Shown piece after piece: positions 11,401 through 26,300 of a stretch of 41,219 nt of DNA. Within the stretch, counting starts at the first letter, position 1; each line of letters starts with the position of its first letter. Origin of the DNA: Utricularia gibba (lineage: Eukaryota; Plantae; Magnoliophyta); assembly GCA_002189035.1 (NCBI GenBank), contig NEEC01000329.1:1-41219 (forward strand), written 5' to 3'. The position numbers and the translations under genes are program-made. Under the pieces are notes generated by a model. It saw only the letters and a list, made by a program, of their open reading frames with translations. It was not told the origin of the DNA and did not search any database.

Positions 11401-14400
11401 CGCGAACGTCGTGGCCACTTTGTGGCACAATTGAAGGCTAATATAAGGCAATAATTCGAGCTCTGATACATCGTCGGACGACGAAGCTTCAAAAACGGAA
11501 GATGACCGCCTGGAATGAGCTTCGAAACGGTGTGTCGTGTGCAACAAGGCTCATCACGGTTTCAAGATATCGACAAAATACGGAATGGTGCACGAGGCCT
11601 GCATCAGGTGTGGGTTGGAACACAACCGTGGCATTGTAAGGGATCGCCTCTAAAACAAAAATTTCACCTTCCAATGAAATGCATATGTTTTGAAAGCGAG
11701 AAATCCCATTCGCGTCGAATCGGAAGTCCGAGGTCGCATCATCGCGAACGTCGTGGCCACTTTGTGGCACAATTGAAGGGTAATATAAGGCAATAATTCG
11801 AGCTCTGATATATCGTCGACGACGAAGCTTCAAAAACGGAAGATGACCGCCTGGAATGAGCTTCGAAACGGTGTGTCGTGTGCAACAAGGCTCATCACGG
11901 TTTTCAAGATATCGACAAAATACGGAATGGTGCACGAGGCCTGCATCAGGTGTGGGTTGGAACACAACCGTGGCATTGTAAGGGATCGCCTCTAAAACAA
12001 AAATTTCACACCTTCCAATGAAATCCATATGTTTGAAGCGAGAAAACCCATTCGCGTCGAATCGGAAGTCCGAGGTCGCATCATCGCGAACGTCGTGGCC
12101 ACTTTGTGGCACAATTGAAGGCTAATATAAGGCAATAATTCGAGCTCTGATACATCGTCGGACGACGAAGCTTCAAAAAACGGAAGATGACCGCCTGGAA
12201 TGAGCTTCGAAACGGTGTGTCGTGTGCAAAGGCTCATCACGGTTTTCAAGATATTTACAAAATACGGAATGGTGCACGAGGCCTGCATCAGGTGTGGGTT
12301 GGAACACAACCGTGGCATTGTAAGGGTCGCCTCTAAACAAAAATTTCATACCTTCCAATGAAATCCATATGTTTGAAGCGAGAAAACCCATTCGCGTCGA
12401 ATCGGAAGTCCGAGGTCGCATCATCGCGAACGTCGTGGCCACTTTGTGGCACAATTGAAGGCTAATATAAGGCAATAATTCGAGCTCTGATATATTGTCG
12501 GACGACAAAGCTTCAAAACGGAAGATGACCGCTCGGAATGAGCTTCGAAACGGTGTGTCGTGCGCAACGTGGCTCATCACGGTTTTCAAGATATCGATAA
12601 AATACGGAATGGTGCACGAGGCCTGCATCAGGTGTGGGTTGGAACACACCGTGGCATTGTAAGGGATCGCCTCAAAAACGAAAATTTCACACCTTCCAAT
12701 GAAATGCATATGTTTGAAGCGAGAAATCCATTCGCGTCGAATCGGAAGTCCGAGTCGCATCATCGCGAACGTCGTGGCCACTTTGTGGCACAATTGAAGG
12801 CTAATATAAGGCAATAATTCGAGCTCTGATACATCGTCGAACGACGAAGCTTCAAAACGGAAGATGACCGCCTGGAATGAGCTTCGAAACGGTGTGTCGT
12901 GCGCAACGTGGCTCATCACGGTTTTAAGATATCGACAAAATACGGAATGGTGCACGAGGCCTGCATCAGGTGTGGGTTGGAACACAACCGTGGCATTGTA
13001 AGGGATCGCCTCAAAAACAAAAATTTCACACCTTCCAATGAAATCCATATGTTTGAAAGCGAGAAATCCATTCGCGTCGAATCGGAAGTCCGAGGTCGCA
13101 TCATCGCGAACGTCGTGGCCACTTTGTGGCACAATTGAAGGCTAATATAAGGCAATAATTCGAGCTCTGATACATCGTCGGACGACGAAGCTTCAAAACG
13201 GAAGATGACCGCCTGGAATGAGCTTCGAAACGGTGTGTCGTGCGCAACGTGGCTCATCACGGTTTTCAAGATATCGACAAAATACGGAATGGTGCACGAG
13301 GCCTGCATCAGGTGTGGGTTGGAACACAACGTGGCATTGTAAGGGATCGCCTCAAAAACAAAAATTTCACACCTTCCAATGAAATGCATATGTTTTGCAA
13401 GCGAGAAATCCATTCGCGTCGAATCGGAAGTCCGAGTCGCATCATCGCGAACGTCGTGGCCACTTTGTGGCACAATTGAAGGCTAATATAAGGCAATAAT
13501 TCGAGCTCTGATATCGTCGAACGACAAAAGCTTCAAAAACGGAAGATGACCGCCTCGGAATGAGCTTCGAAACGGTGTGTCGTGCGCAACGTGGCTCATC
13601 ACGGTTTTCAAGATATCGACAAAATACGGAATGGTGCACGAGGCCTGCATCAGGTGTGGGTTGGAACACAACCGTGGCATTGTAAGGGATCGCCTCAAAA
13701 ACAAAAATTTCACACCTTCCAATGAAATGCATATGTTTTGCAAGCGAGAAATCACATTTGCGTCGAATCGGAAGCCCCGAGTCGCATCATCGCGAACGTC
13801 GTGGCCACTTTGTGGCACAATTGAAGGCTAATATAAGGCAATAATTCGATCTCTGATACATCGTCGGACGACGAAGCTTCAAAACGGAAGATGACCGCTC
13901 TGGAATGAGCTTCGAAACGGTGTGTCGTGTGCAACGTGGCTCATCACGGTTTTCAAGATATTTACAAAATACGGAATGGTGCACGAGGCCTTCATCAGGT
14001 GTGGGTTGGAACACAACCGTGGCATTGTAAGGATCGCCTCAAAAACAAAAATTTCACACCTTCCAATGAAATCATATGTTTTGAAGCGAGAAATCCATTG
14101 CGTCGAATTGGAAGCGAGTCGCATCATCGCGAACGTCGTGGCCACTTTGTGGCACAATTGAAGGGTAATAAAGGCAATAATTCGAGCTCTGATACATCGT
14201 CGGACGACGAAGCTTCAAAACGGAAGATGACCGCCTGGAATGAGCTTCGAAACGGTGTGTCGTGCGCAACGTGGCTCATCACGGTTTTCAAGATATCGAC
14301 AAAATACGGAATGGTGCACGAGGCCTTCATCAGGTGTGGGTTGGAACACAACCGTGGCATTGTAAGGGATCGCCTCAAAAACGAAAAATTTCACACCTTC

Positions 14401-17400
14401 CAATGAAATGCATATGTTTTGCAAAGCGAGAAATCACATTTGCGTCGAATTGGAAGCCCCGAGTCGCATCATCGCGACGTCGTGGCCACTTTGTGGCACA
14501 ATTGAAGGCTAATATAAGGCAATATTCGAGCTCTGATACATCGTCGGACGACGAAGCTTCAAAAACGGAAGATGACGCTCTGGAATGAGCTTCGAAACGG
14601 TGTGTCGTGTGCAACGTGGCTCATCACGGTTTCAAGATATCGAAAAAATACGGAATGGTGCACGAGGCCTGCATCAGGTGTGGGTTGGAACACAACCGTG
14701 GCATTGTAAGGGTTCGCCTCTTAAAACAAAAATTTCATACCTTCCAATGAAATCCATATGTCTTGAATGCGAGAAAACCCATTCGCGTCGAATCGGAAGT
14801 CCGAGGTCGCATCATCGCGAACGTCGTGGCCACTTTGTGGCACAATTGAAGGCTAATATAAGGCAATAATTCGAGCTCTGATATATTGTCGAACGACAAA
14901 GCTTCAAAACGGAAGATGACCGCCTCGGAATGAGCTTCGAAACGTGTGTCGTGCGCAACGTGGCTCATCACGGTTTTCAAGATATCGATAAAATACGGAA
15001 TGGTGCACGAGGCCTGCATCAGGTGTGGGTTGGAACACAACCGTGGCATTGTAAGGGATCGCCTCTAAAACGAAAATTTCACACCTTCCAATGAAATCCA
15101 TATGTTTGAAAGCGAGAAATCCCATTCGCGTCGAATCGGAAGTCCGAGGTCGCATCATCGCGAACGTCGTGGCCACTTTGTGGCACAATTGAAGGCTAAT
15201 ATAAGGCAATAATTCGAGCTCTGATACATCGTCGGACGACAAGCTTCAAAACGGAAGATGACCGCCTCGGAATGAGCTTCGAAACGGTGTGTCGTGCGCA
15301 ACGTGGCTCATCACGGTTTTCAAGATATCGACAAAATACGGAATGGTGCACGAGGCCTGCATCAGGTGTGGGTTGGAACACAACCGTGGCATTGTAAGGA
15401 TCGCCTCAAAAACAAAAATTTCACACCTTCCAATGAAATGCATATGTCTTTGCAAGCGAGAAATCAATTTGCGTCGAATCGGAAGCCCGAGTCGCATCAT
15501 CGCGTACGTCGTGGCCACTTTGTGGCACAATTGAAGGCTAATATAAGGCAATAATTCGAGCTCTGATACATCGTCGGACGACGAAGCTTCAAAAACGGAA
15601 GATGACCGCTCTGGAATGAGCTTCGAAACGGTGTGTCGTGCGCAACGTGGCTCATCACGGTTTTCAAGATATCGACAAAATACGGAATGGTGCACGAGGC
15701 CTGCATCAGGTGTGGGTTGGAACACACTCGTGGCATTGTAAGGGTTCGCCTCTAAAACAAAAATTTCACACCTTCCAATGAAATCATATTTTGAAGCGAG
15801 AAATCCATTCGCGTCGAATCGGAAGTCCGAGGTCGCATCATCGCGAACGTCGTGGCCACTTTGTGGCACAATTGAAGGCTAATATAAGGCAATAATTCGA
15901 GCTCTGATACATCGTCGACGACAAGCTTCAAAACGGAAGATGACCGCTCGGAATGAGCTTCGAAACGGTGTGTCGTGTGAACGTGGCTCATCACGGTTTT
16001 CAAGATATCGATAAAATACGGAATGGTGCACGAGGCCTGCATCAGGTGTGGGTTGGAACACAACCGTGGCATTGTAAGGATCGCCTCAAAACAAAAATTT
16101 CACACCTTCCAATGAAATGCATATGTTTTGCAAGCGAGAAATCACATTTGCGTCGAATTGGAAGCCCGAGTCGCATCATCGCGAACGTCGTGGCCACTTT
16201 GTGGCACAATTGAAGGGTAATATAAGGCAATAATTCGAGCTCTGATACATCGTCGGACGACGAAGCTTCAAAAACGGAAGATGACCGCCTGGAATGAGCT
16301 TCGAAACGGTGTGTCGTGCAACAAGGCTCATCACGGTTTTCAAGATATCGACAAAATACGGAATGGTGCACGAGGCCTTCATCAGGTGTGGGTTGGAACA
16401 ACCGTGGCATTGTAAGGGATCTCTAAAACAAAAATTTCACACCTTCCAATGAAATCCATATGTTTGAAGCGAGAAATCCCATTCGCGTCGAATCGGAAGT
16501 CCGAGTCGCATCATCGCGAACGTCGTGGCCACTTTGTGGCACAATTGAAGGCTAATATAAGGCAATAATTCGAGCTCTGATATCGTCGGACGACGAAGCT
16601 TCAAAACGGAAGATGACCGCCTGGAATGAGCTTCGAAACGGTGTGTCGTGCGCAACGTGGCTCATCACGGTTTTCAAGATATCGATAAAATACGGAATGG
16701 TGCACGAGGCCTATCAGGTGTGGGTTGGAACACAACCGTGGCATTGTAAGGGATCGCCTCAAAAACGAAAAATTTCACACCTTCCAATGAAATGCATATG
16801 TTTTTGCAAGCGAGAAATCACATTTGCGTCGAATTGGAAGCCCCGAGTCGCATCATCGCGAACGTCGTGGCCACTTTGTGGCACAATTGAAGGCTAATAT
16901 AAGGCAATAATTCGAGCTCTGATACATCGTCGGACGACGAAGCTTCAAAAACGGAAGATGACCGCTCTGGAATGAGCTTCGAAACGGTGTGTCGTGTGCA
17001 ACGGCTCATCACGGTTTTCAAGATATCGACAAAATACGGAATGGTGCACGAGGCCTGCATCAGGTGTGGGTTGGAACACAACCGTGGCATTGTAAGGGTT
17101 CGCCTCAAAACAAAAATTTCATACCTTCCAATGAAATCCATATGTCTTGAATGCGAGAAAACCCATTCGCGTCGAATCGGAAGTCCGAGGTCGCATCATC
17201 GCGAACGTCGTGGCCACTTTGTGGCACAATTGAAGGCTAATATAAGGCAATAATTCGAGCTCTGATACATCGTCGAACGACAAAGCTTCAAAACGGAAGA
17301 TGACCGCCTCGGAATGAGCTTCGAAACGGTGTGTCGTGTGCAACGTGGCTCATCACGGTTTTCAAGATATCGACAAAATACGGAATGGTGCACGAGGCCT

Positions 17401-20399
17401 GCATCAGGTGTGGGTTGGAACACAACCGTGGCATTGTAAGGGATCGCCTCAAAAAAAAAATTTCACACCTTCCAATGAAATGCATATGTTTTGAAGCGAG
17501 AAATCCATTCGCGTCGAATCGGAAGTCCGAGTCGCATCATCGCGAACGTCGTGGCCACTTTGTGGCACAATTGAAGGCTAATATAAGGCAATAATTCGAG
17601 CTCTGATATATTGTCGGACGACGAAGCTTCAAAACGGAAGATGACCGCCTGGAATGAGCTTCGAAACGGTGTGTCGTGTGCAACGGCTCATCACGGTTTT
17701 CAAGATATCGAAAATACGGAATGGTGCACGAGGCCTGCATCAGGTGTGGGTTGGAACACACCGTGGCATTGTAAGGGATCGCCTCAAAACAAAATTTCAC
17801 ACCTTCCAATGAAATGCATATGTTTTGAAGCGAGAAATCCATTCGCGTCGAATCGGAAGCCCCGAGTCGCATCATCGCGAACGTCGTGGCCACTTTGTGG
17901 CACAATTGAAGGCTAATATAAGGCAATAATTCGAGCTCTGATACATCGTCGGACGACGAAGCTTCAAAAACGGAAGATGACCGCCTGGAATGAGCTTCGA
18001 AACGGTGTGTCGTGTGCAACGGCTCATCACGGTTTTCAAGATATCGACAAAATACGGAATGGTGCACGAGGCCTTCATCAGGTGTGGGTTGGAACACACC
18101 GTGGCATTGTAAGGGATCGCCTCAAAACAAAAATTTCACACCTTCCAATGAAATCCATAAAGCGAGAAAACCCATTCGTCGAATCGGAAGTCCGAGTCGC
18201 ATCATCGCGAACGTCGTGGCCACTTTGTGGCACAATTGAAGGCTAATATAAGGCAATAATTCGAGCTCTGATACATCGTCGAACGACGAAGCTTCAAAAA
18301 CGGAAGATGACCGCTCGGAATGAGCTTCGAAACGGTGTGTCGTGTGCAACGTGGCTCATCACGGTTTTCAAGATATCGAAAAATACGGAATGGTGCACGA
18401 GGCCTGCATCAGGTGTGGGTTGGAACACAACCGTGGCATTGTAAGGGATCGCCTCAAAACAAAAAATTTCACACCTTCCAATGAAATGCATGTTTTGAAG
18501 CGAGAAATCCATTTGCGTCGAATCGGAAGCCCCGAGTCGCATCATCGCGAACGTCGTGGCCACTTTGTGGCACAATTGAAGGCTAATATAAGGCAATAAT
18601 TCGAGCTCTGATATATTGTCGGACGACGAAGCTTCAAAAACGGAAGATGACCGCCTGGAATGAGCTTCGAAACGGTGTGTGTGCAACAAGGCTCATCACG
18701 GTTTTCAAGATATCGACAAAATACGGAATGGTGCACGAGGCCTGCATCAGGTGTGGGTTGGAACACACCGTGGCATTGTAAGGGATCGCCTCTAAAACAA
18801 AAATTTCACACCTTCCAATGAAATCCATATGTTTTGAAGCGAGAAATCCATTCGCGTCGAATCGGAAGTCCCGAGTCGCATCATCGCGAACGTCGTGGCC
18901 ACTTTGTGGCACAATTGAAGGCTAATATAAGGCAATAATTCGAGCTCTGATACATCGTCGGACGACGAAGCTTCAAAAACGGAAGATGACCGCCTGGAAT
19001 GAGCTTCGAAACGGTGTGTCGTGCAACGTGGCTCATCACGGTTTTCAAGATATCAAAAATACGGAATGGTGCACGAGGCCTGCATCAGGTGTGGGTTGGA
19101 ACACACCGTGGCATTGTAAGGGTCGCCTCTAAAAAAAATTTCACACCTTCCAATGAAATCCATATGTTTGAAAGCGAGAAATCCCATTCGCGTCGAATCG
19201 GAAGTCCGAGGTCGCATCATCGCGAACGTCGTGGCCACTTTGTGGCACAATTGAAGGCTAATATAAGGCAATAATTCGAGCTCTGATATCGTCGAACGAC
19301 AAGCTTCAAAACGGAAGATGACCGCCTCGGAATGAGCTTCGAAACGGTGTGTCGTGCGCAAACGTGGCTCATCACGGTTTTCAAGATATCGACAAAATAC
19401 GGAATGGTGCACGAGGCCTGCATCAGGTGTGGGTTGGAACACAACCGTGGCATTGTAAGGGATCGCCTCAAAAACAAAAATTTCACACCTTCCAATGAAA
19501 TGCATATGTTTTGCAAGCGAGAAATCACATTTGCGTCGAATTGGAAGCCCGAGTCGCATCATCGCGAACGTCGTGGCCACTTTGTGGCACAATTGAAGGG
19601 TAATATAAGGCAATAATTCGAGCTCTGATACATCGTCGGACGACGAAGCTTCAAAACGGAAGATGACCGCCTGGAATGAGCTTCGAAACGGTGTGTCGTG
19701 TGCAACGGCTCATCACGGTTTTCAAGATATCAAAATACGGAATGGTGCACGAGGCCTGCATCAGGTGTGGGTTGGAACACACCGTGGCATTGTAAGGGAT
19801 CGCCTCTAAAACGAAAATTTCACACTTCCAATGAAATCATATGTTTTGAAAGCGAGAAATCCATTCGCGTCGAATCGGAAGTCCGAGGTCGCATCATCGC
19901 GAACGTCGTGGCCACTTTGTGGCACAATTGAAGGGTAATATAAGGCAAATTCGAGCTCTGATATATTGTCGGACGACGAAGCTTCAAACGGAAGATGACC
20001 GCCCTGGAATGAGCTTCGAAACGGTGTGTCGTGCGCAACGTGGCTCATCACGGTTTTCAAGATATCGAAAAATACGGAATGGTGCACGAGGCCTTCATCA
20101 GGTGTGGGTTGGAACACAACCGTGGCATTGTAAGGGATCGCCTCTAAAACAAAAATTTCACACCTTCCAATGAAATGCATATGTTTTGAAGCGAGAAATC
20201 CCATTCGCGTCGAATCGGAAGTCCGAGGTCGCATCATCGCGAACGTCGTGGCTTTGTGGCACAATTGAAGGGTAATATAAGGCAATAATTCGAGCTCTGA
20301 TATATTGTCGGACGACGAAGCTTCAAAACGGAAGATGACCGCCTGGAATGAGCTTCGAAACGGTGTGTCGTGCGCAACGTGGCTCATCACGGTTTTCAA

Positions 20400-23300
20400 G
20401 ATATCGACAAAATACGGAATGGTGCACGAGGCCTGCATCAGGTGTGGGTTGGAACACAACCGTGGCATTGTAAGGGATCGCCTCAAAAAAAAAATTTCAC
20501 ACCTTCCAATGAAATGCATATTTTGCAAGCGAGAAATCCATTCGCGTCGAATCGGAAGCCCCGAGTCGCATCATCGCGAACGTCGTGGCCACTTTGTGGC
20601 ACAATTGAAGGCTAATATAAGGCAATAATTCGAGCTCTGATACATCGTCGGACGACGAAGCTTCAAAAACGGAAGATGACCGCTCTGGAATGAGCTTCGA
20701 AACGGTGTGTCGTGTGCAACAAGGCTCATCACGGTTTTCAAGATATTTACAAAATACGGAATGGTGCACGAGGCCTGCATCAGGTGTGGGTTGGAACACA
20801 ACCGTGGCATTGTAAGGGTCGCCTCTAAAACAAAAATTTCACACCTTCCAATGAAATCCATATGTTTGAAGCGAGAAATCCCATTCGCGTCGAATCGGAA
20901 GTCCGAGTCGCATCATCGCGAACGTCGTGGCCACTTTGTGGCACAATTGAAGGCTAATATAAGGCAATAATTCGAGCTCTGATATATTGTCGAACGACAA
21001 AGCTTCAAAACGGAAGATGACCGCCTCGGAATGAGCTTCGAAACGGTGTGTCGTGCGCAACGTGGCTCATCACGGTTTTCAAGATATCGATAAAATACGG
21101 AATGGTGCACGAGGCCTGCATCAGGTGTGGGTTGGAACACAACCGTGGCATTGTAAGGGATCGCCTCAAAACAAAAATTTCACACCTTCCAATGAAATGC
21201 ATATGTTTTGCAAGCGAGAAATCACATTTGCGTCGAATTGGAAGCCCGAGTCGCATCATCGCGAACGTCGTGGCCACTTTGTGGCACAATTGAAGGCTAA
21301 TATAAGGCAATAATTCGAGCTCTGATACATCGTCGGACGACGAAGCTTCAAAAACGGAAGATGACCGCTCTGGAATGAGCTTCGAAACGGTGTGTCGTGT
21401 GCAACAAGGCTCATCACGGTTTTCAAGATATTTACAAAATACGGAATGGTGCACGAGGCCTGCATCAGGTGTGGGTTGGAACACACCGTGGCATTGTAAG
21501 GGTTCGCCTCTAAAAAAACAAAAAATTTCATACCTTCCAATGAAATCCATATGTCTTGAAGCGAGAAATCCCATTCGCGTCGAATCGGAAGTCCGAGGTC
21601 GCATCATCGCGAACGTCGTGGCCACTTTGTGGCACAATTGAAGGCTAATATAAGGCAATAATTCGAGCTCTGATATATTGTCGAACGACAAAGCTTCAAA
21701 ACGGAAGATGACCGCCTCGAATGAGCTTCGAAACGGTGTGTCGTCTCACAAGCGATAAAATACGGAATGGTGCACGAGGCCTGCATCAGGTGTGGGTTGG
21801 AACACAACGTGGCATTGTAAGGGATCGCCTCTAAAACGAAAATTTCACCTTCCAATGAAATGCATATGTTTTGCGAAATCCATTTGCGTCGAATCGGAAG
21901 CCCAGTCGCATCATCGCGAACGTCGTTTGTGGCACAATTGAAGGGTAATATAAGGCAATAATTCGAGCTCTGATATATCGTCGGACGACGAAGCTTCAAA
22001 ACGGAAGATGACCGCCTGGAATGAGCTTCGAAACGGTGTGTCGTGCGCAACGTGGCTCATCACGGTTTTCAAGATATCGACAAAATACGGAATGGTGCAC
22101 GAGGCCTTCATCAGGTGTGGGTTGGAACACAACCGTGGCATTGTAAGGGATCGCCTCAAAAACGAAAAATTTCACACCTTCCAATGAAATCCATATGTTT
22201 TTGAAAGCGAGAAATCCCATTCGCGTCGAATCGGAAGTCCGAGGTCGCATCATCGCGAACGTCGTGGCCACTTTGTGGCACAATTGAAGGGTAATATAAG
22301 GCAATAATTCGAGCTCTGATATATTGTCGGACGACGAAGCTTCAAAACGGAAGATGACCGCCTGGAATGAGCTTCGAAACGGTGTGTCGTGCGCAACGTG
22401 GCTCATCACGGTTTCAAGATATCGATAAAATACGGAATGGTGCACGAGGCCTGCATCAGGTGTGGGTTGGAACACAACCGTGGCATTGTAAGGGATCGCC
22501 TCAAAAACAAAAATTTCACACCTTCCAATGAAATGCATATTTTGCAAGCGAGAAATCACATTTGCGTCGAATTGGAAGCCCGAGTCGCATCATCGCGAAC
22601 GTCGTGGCCACTTTGTGGCACAATTGAAGGCTAATATAAGGCAATAATTCGAGCTCTGATACATTGTCGGACGACGAAGCTTCAAAAACGGAAGATGACC
22701 GCTCTGGAATGAGCTTCGAAACGGTGTGTCGTGTGCAACAAGGCTCATCACGGTTTTCAAGATATCGACAAAATACGGAATGGTGCACGAGGCCTGCATC
22801 AGGTGTGGGTTGGAACACAACCGTGGCATTGTAAGGGTTCGCCTCTAAACAAAAATTTCACACCTTCCAATGAAATCCATATGTTTGAATGCGAGAAAAC
22901 ATTCGCGTCGAATCGGAAGTCCGAGGTCGCATCATCGCGAACGTCGTGGCCACTTTGTGGCACAATTGAAGGCTAATATAAGGCAATAATTCGAGCTCTG
23001 ATATATTGTCGAACGACAAAGCTTCAAAACGGAAGATGACCGCCTCGGAATGAGCTTCGAAACGGTGTGTCGTGCGAAACGTGGCTCATCACGGTTTTCA
23101 AGATATCGAAAAATACGGAATGGTGCACGAGGCCTTCATCAGGTGTGGGTTGGAACACAACCGTGGCATTGTAAGGGATCGCCTCAAAAACAAAAAATTT
23201 CACACCTTCCAATGAAATGCATATGTTTTGAAGCGAGAAATCCATTTGCGTCGAATTGGAAGCCCCGAGTCGCATCATCGCGAACGTCGTGGCCACTTTG

Positions 23301-26300
23301 TGGCACAATTGAAGGCTAATATAAGGCAATAATTCGAGCTCTGATACATCGTCGGACGACGAAGCTTCAAAAACGGAAGATGACCGCCTGGAATGAGCTT
23401 CGAAACGGTGTGTCGTGTGCAACGTGGCTCATCACGGTTTTCAAGATATCGACAAAATACGGAATGGTGCACGAGGCCTGCATCAGGTGTGGGTTGGAAC
23501 ACACCGTGGCATTGTAAGGGATCGCCTCTAAAACAAAAATTTCACACCTTCCAATGAAATGCATATGTTTTGAAGCGAGAAATCCCATTCGCGTCGAATC
23601 GGAAGTCCGAGTCGCATCATCGCGAACGTCGTGGCCACTTTGGGCACAATTGAAGGCTAATATAAGGCAATAATTCGAGCTCTGATATATTGTCGGACGA
23701 CGAAGCTTCAAAAACGGAAGATGACCGCCTGGAATGAGCTTCGAAACGGTGTGTCGTGCGCAACGTGGCTCATCACGGTTTCAAGATATCGAAAAAATAC
23801 GGAATGGTGCACGAGGCCTGCATCAGGTGTGGGTTGGAACAAACCGTGGCATTGTAAGGGATCGCCTCAAAAACGAAAAATTTCACACCTTCCAATGAAA
23901 TCCATATGTTTTGAAAGCGAGAAATCCCATTCGCGTCGAATCGGAAGTCCGAGTCGCATCATCGCGAACGTCGTGGCCACTTTGTGGCACAATTGAAGGC
24001 TAATATAAGGCAATAATTCGAGCTCTGATACATCGTCGGACGACGAAGCTTCAAAACGGAAGATGACCGCCCTGAATGAGCTTCGAAACGGTGTGTCGTG
24101 CAACGTGGCTCATCACGGTTTTCAAGATATCGATAAAAATACGGAATGGTGCACGAGGCCTGCATCAGGTGTGGGTTGGAACACAACCGTGGCATTGTAA
24201 GGGATCGCCTCAAAACAAAAATTTCACACCTTCCAATGAAATGCATATTTTGCAAGCGAGAAATCACATTTGCGTCGAATCGGAAGCCCCGAGTCGCATC
24301 ATCGCGAACGTCGTGGCCACTTTGTGGCACAATTGAAGGCTAATATAAGGCAATAATTCGAGCTCTGATACATCGTCGGACGACGAAGCTTCAAAAACGG
24401 AAGATGACCGCTCTGGAATGAGCTTCGAAACGGTGTGTGTGTGCAAAGGCTCATCACGGTTTCAAGATATCAAAATACGGAATGGTGCACGAGGCCTGCA
24501 TCAGGTGTGGGTTGGAACACAACCGTGGCATTGTAAGGGATCGCCTCTAAAAAAAAAATTTCACACCTTCCAATGAAATCCATATGTCTTGAAGCGAGAA
24601 AACCCATTCGCGTCGAATCGGAAGTCCGAGGTCGCATCATCGCGAACGTCGTGGCCACTTTGTGGCACAATTGAAGGCTAATATAAGGCAATAATTCGAG
24701 CTCTGATATATTGTCGGACGACGAAGCTTCAAAACGGAAGATGACCGCCTCGGAATGAGCTTCGAAACGGTGTGTCGTGCGCAACGTGGCTCATCACGGT
24801 TTTCAAGATATACAAAATACGGAATGGTGCACGAGGCCTGCATCAGGTGTGGGTTGGAACACACCCGTGGCATTGTAAGGGATCGCCTCTAAAACAAAAA
24901 TTTCACACCTTCCAATGAAATCCATATGTTTGAAGCGAGAAATCCATTCGCGTCGAATCGGAAGTCCGAGTCGCATCATCGCGAACGTCGTGGCCACTTT
25001 GTGGCACAATTGAAGGCTAATATAAGGCAATAATTCGAGCTCTGATATATTGTCGGACGACAAAGCTTCCAAACGGAAGATGACCGCCTGGAATGAGCTT
25101 CGAAACGGTGTGTCGTGCGCAACGTGGCTCATCACGGTTTTCAAGATATCGAAAAATACGGAATGGTGCACGAGGCCTGCATCAGGTGTGGGTTGGAACA
25201 CAACCGTGGCATTGTAAGGGATCGCCTCAAAACAAAAATTTCACACCTTCCAATGAAATGCATATGTTTTGCAAGCGAGAAATCACATTTGCGTCGAATC
25301 GGAAGCCCGAGTCGCATCATCGCGACGTCGTGGCCACTTTGTGGCACAATTGAAGGCTAATATAAGGCAATAATTCGAGCTCTGATACATCGTCGGACGA
25401 CGAAGCTTCAAAAACGGAAGATGACCCGCTCTGGAATGAGCTTCGAAACGGTGTGTCGTGTGCAACGGCTCATCACGGTTTTCAAGATATCGACAAAATA
25501 CGGAATGGTGCACGAGGCCTGCATCAGGTGTGGGTTGGAACACACCGTGGCATTGTAAGGGTTCGCCTCTAAAACAAAAATTTCATACCTTCCAATGAAA
25601 TCCATATGTCTTGAATGCGAGAAAACCCATTCGCGTCGAATCGGAAGTCCGAGGTCGCATCATCGCGAACGTCGTGGCCACTTTGTGGCACAATTGAAGG
25701 CTAATATAAGGCAATAATTCGAGCTCTGATATATTGTCGAACGACAAGCTTGCGAAACGGAAGATGACCGCCTCGGAATGAGCTTCGAAACGGTGTGTCG
25801 TGTGAAACGTGGCTCATCACGGTTTTCAAGATATCGATAAAATACGGAATGGTGCACGAGGCCTGCATCAGGTGTGGGTTGGAACACAACCGTGCCATTG
25901 TAAGGGATCGCCTCAAAAACAAAAATTTCACACCTTCCAATGAAATGCATATCTTTTGCAAGCGAGAAATCACATTTGCGTCGAATTGGAAGCCCGAGTC
26001 GCATCATCGCGTAACGTCGTGGCCACTTTGTGGCACAATTGAAGGCTAATATAAGGCAATAATTCGAGCTCTGATACATCGTCGGACGACGAAGCTTCAA
26101 AAACGGAAGATGACCGCTCTGGAATGAGCTTCGAAACGGTGTGTGTGTGCAACAAGGCTCATCACGGTTTTCAAGATATTTACAAAATACGGAATGGTGC
26201 ACGAGGCCTGCATCAGGTGTGGGTTGGAACACACCGTGGCATTGTAAGGGTTCGCCTCTAAAAAAAAATTTCATACCTTCCAATGAAATCATATGTTTGA

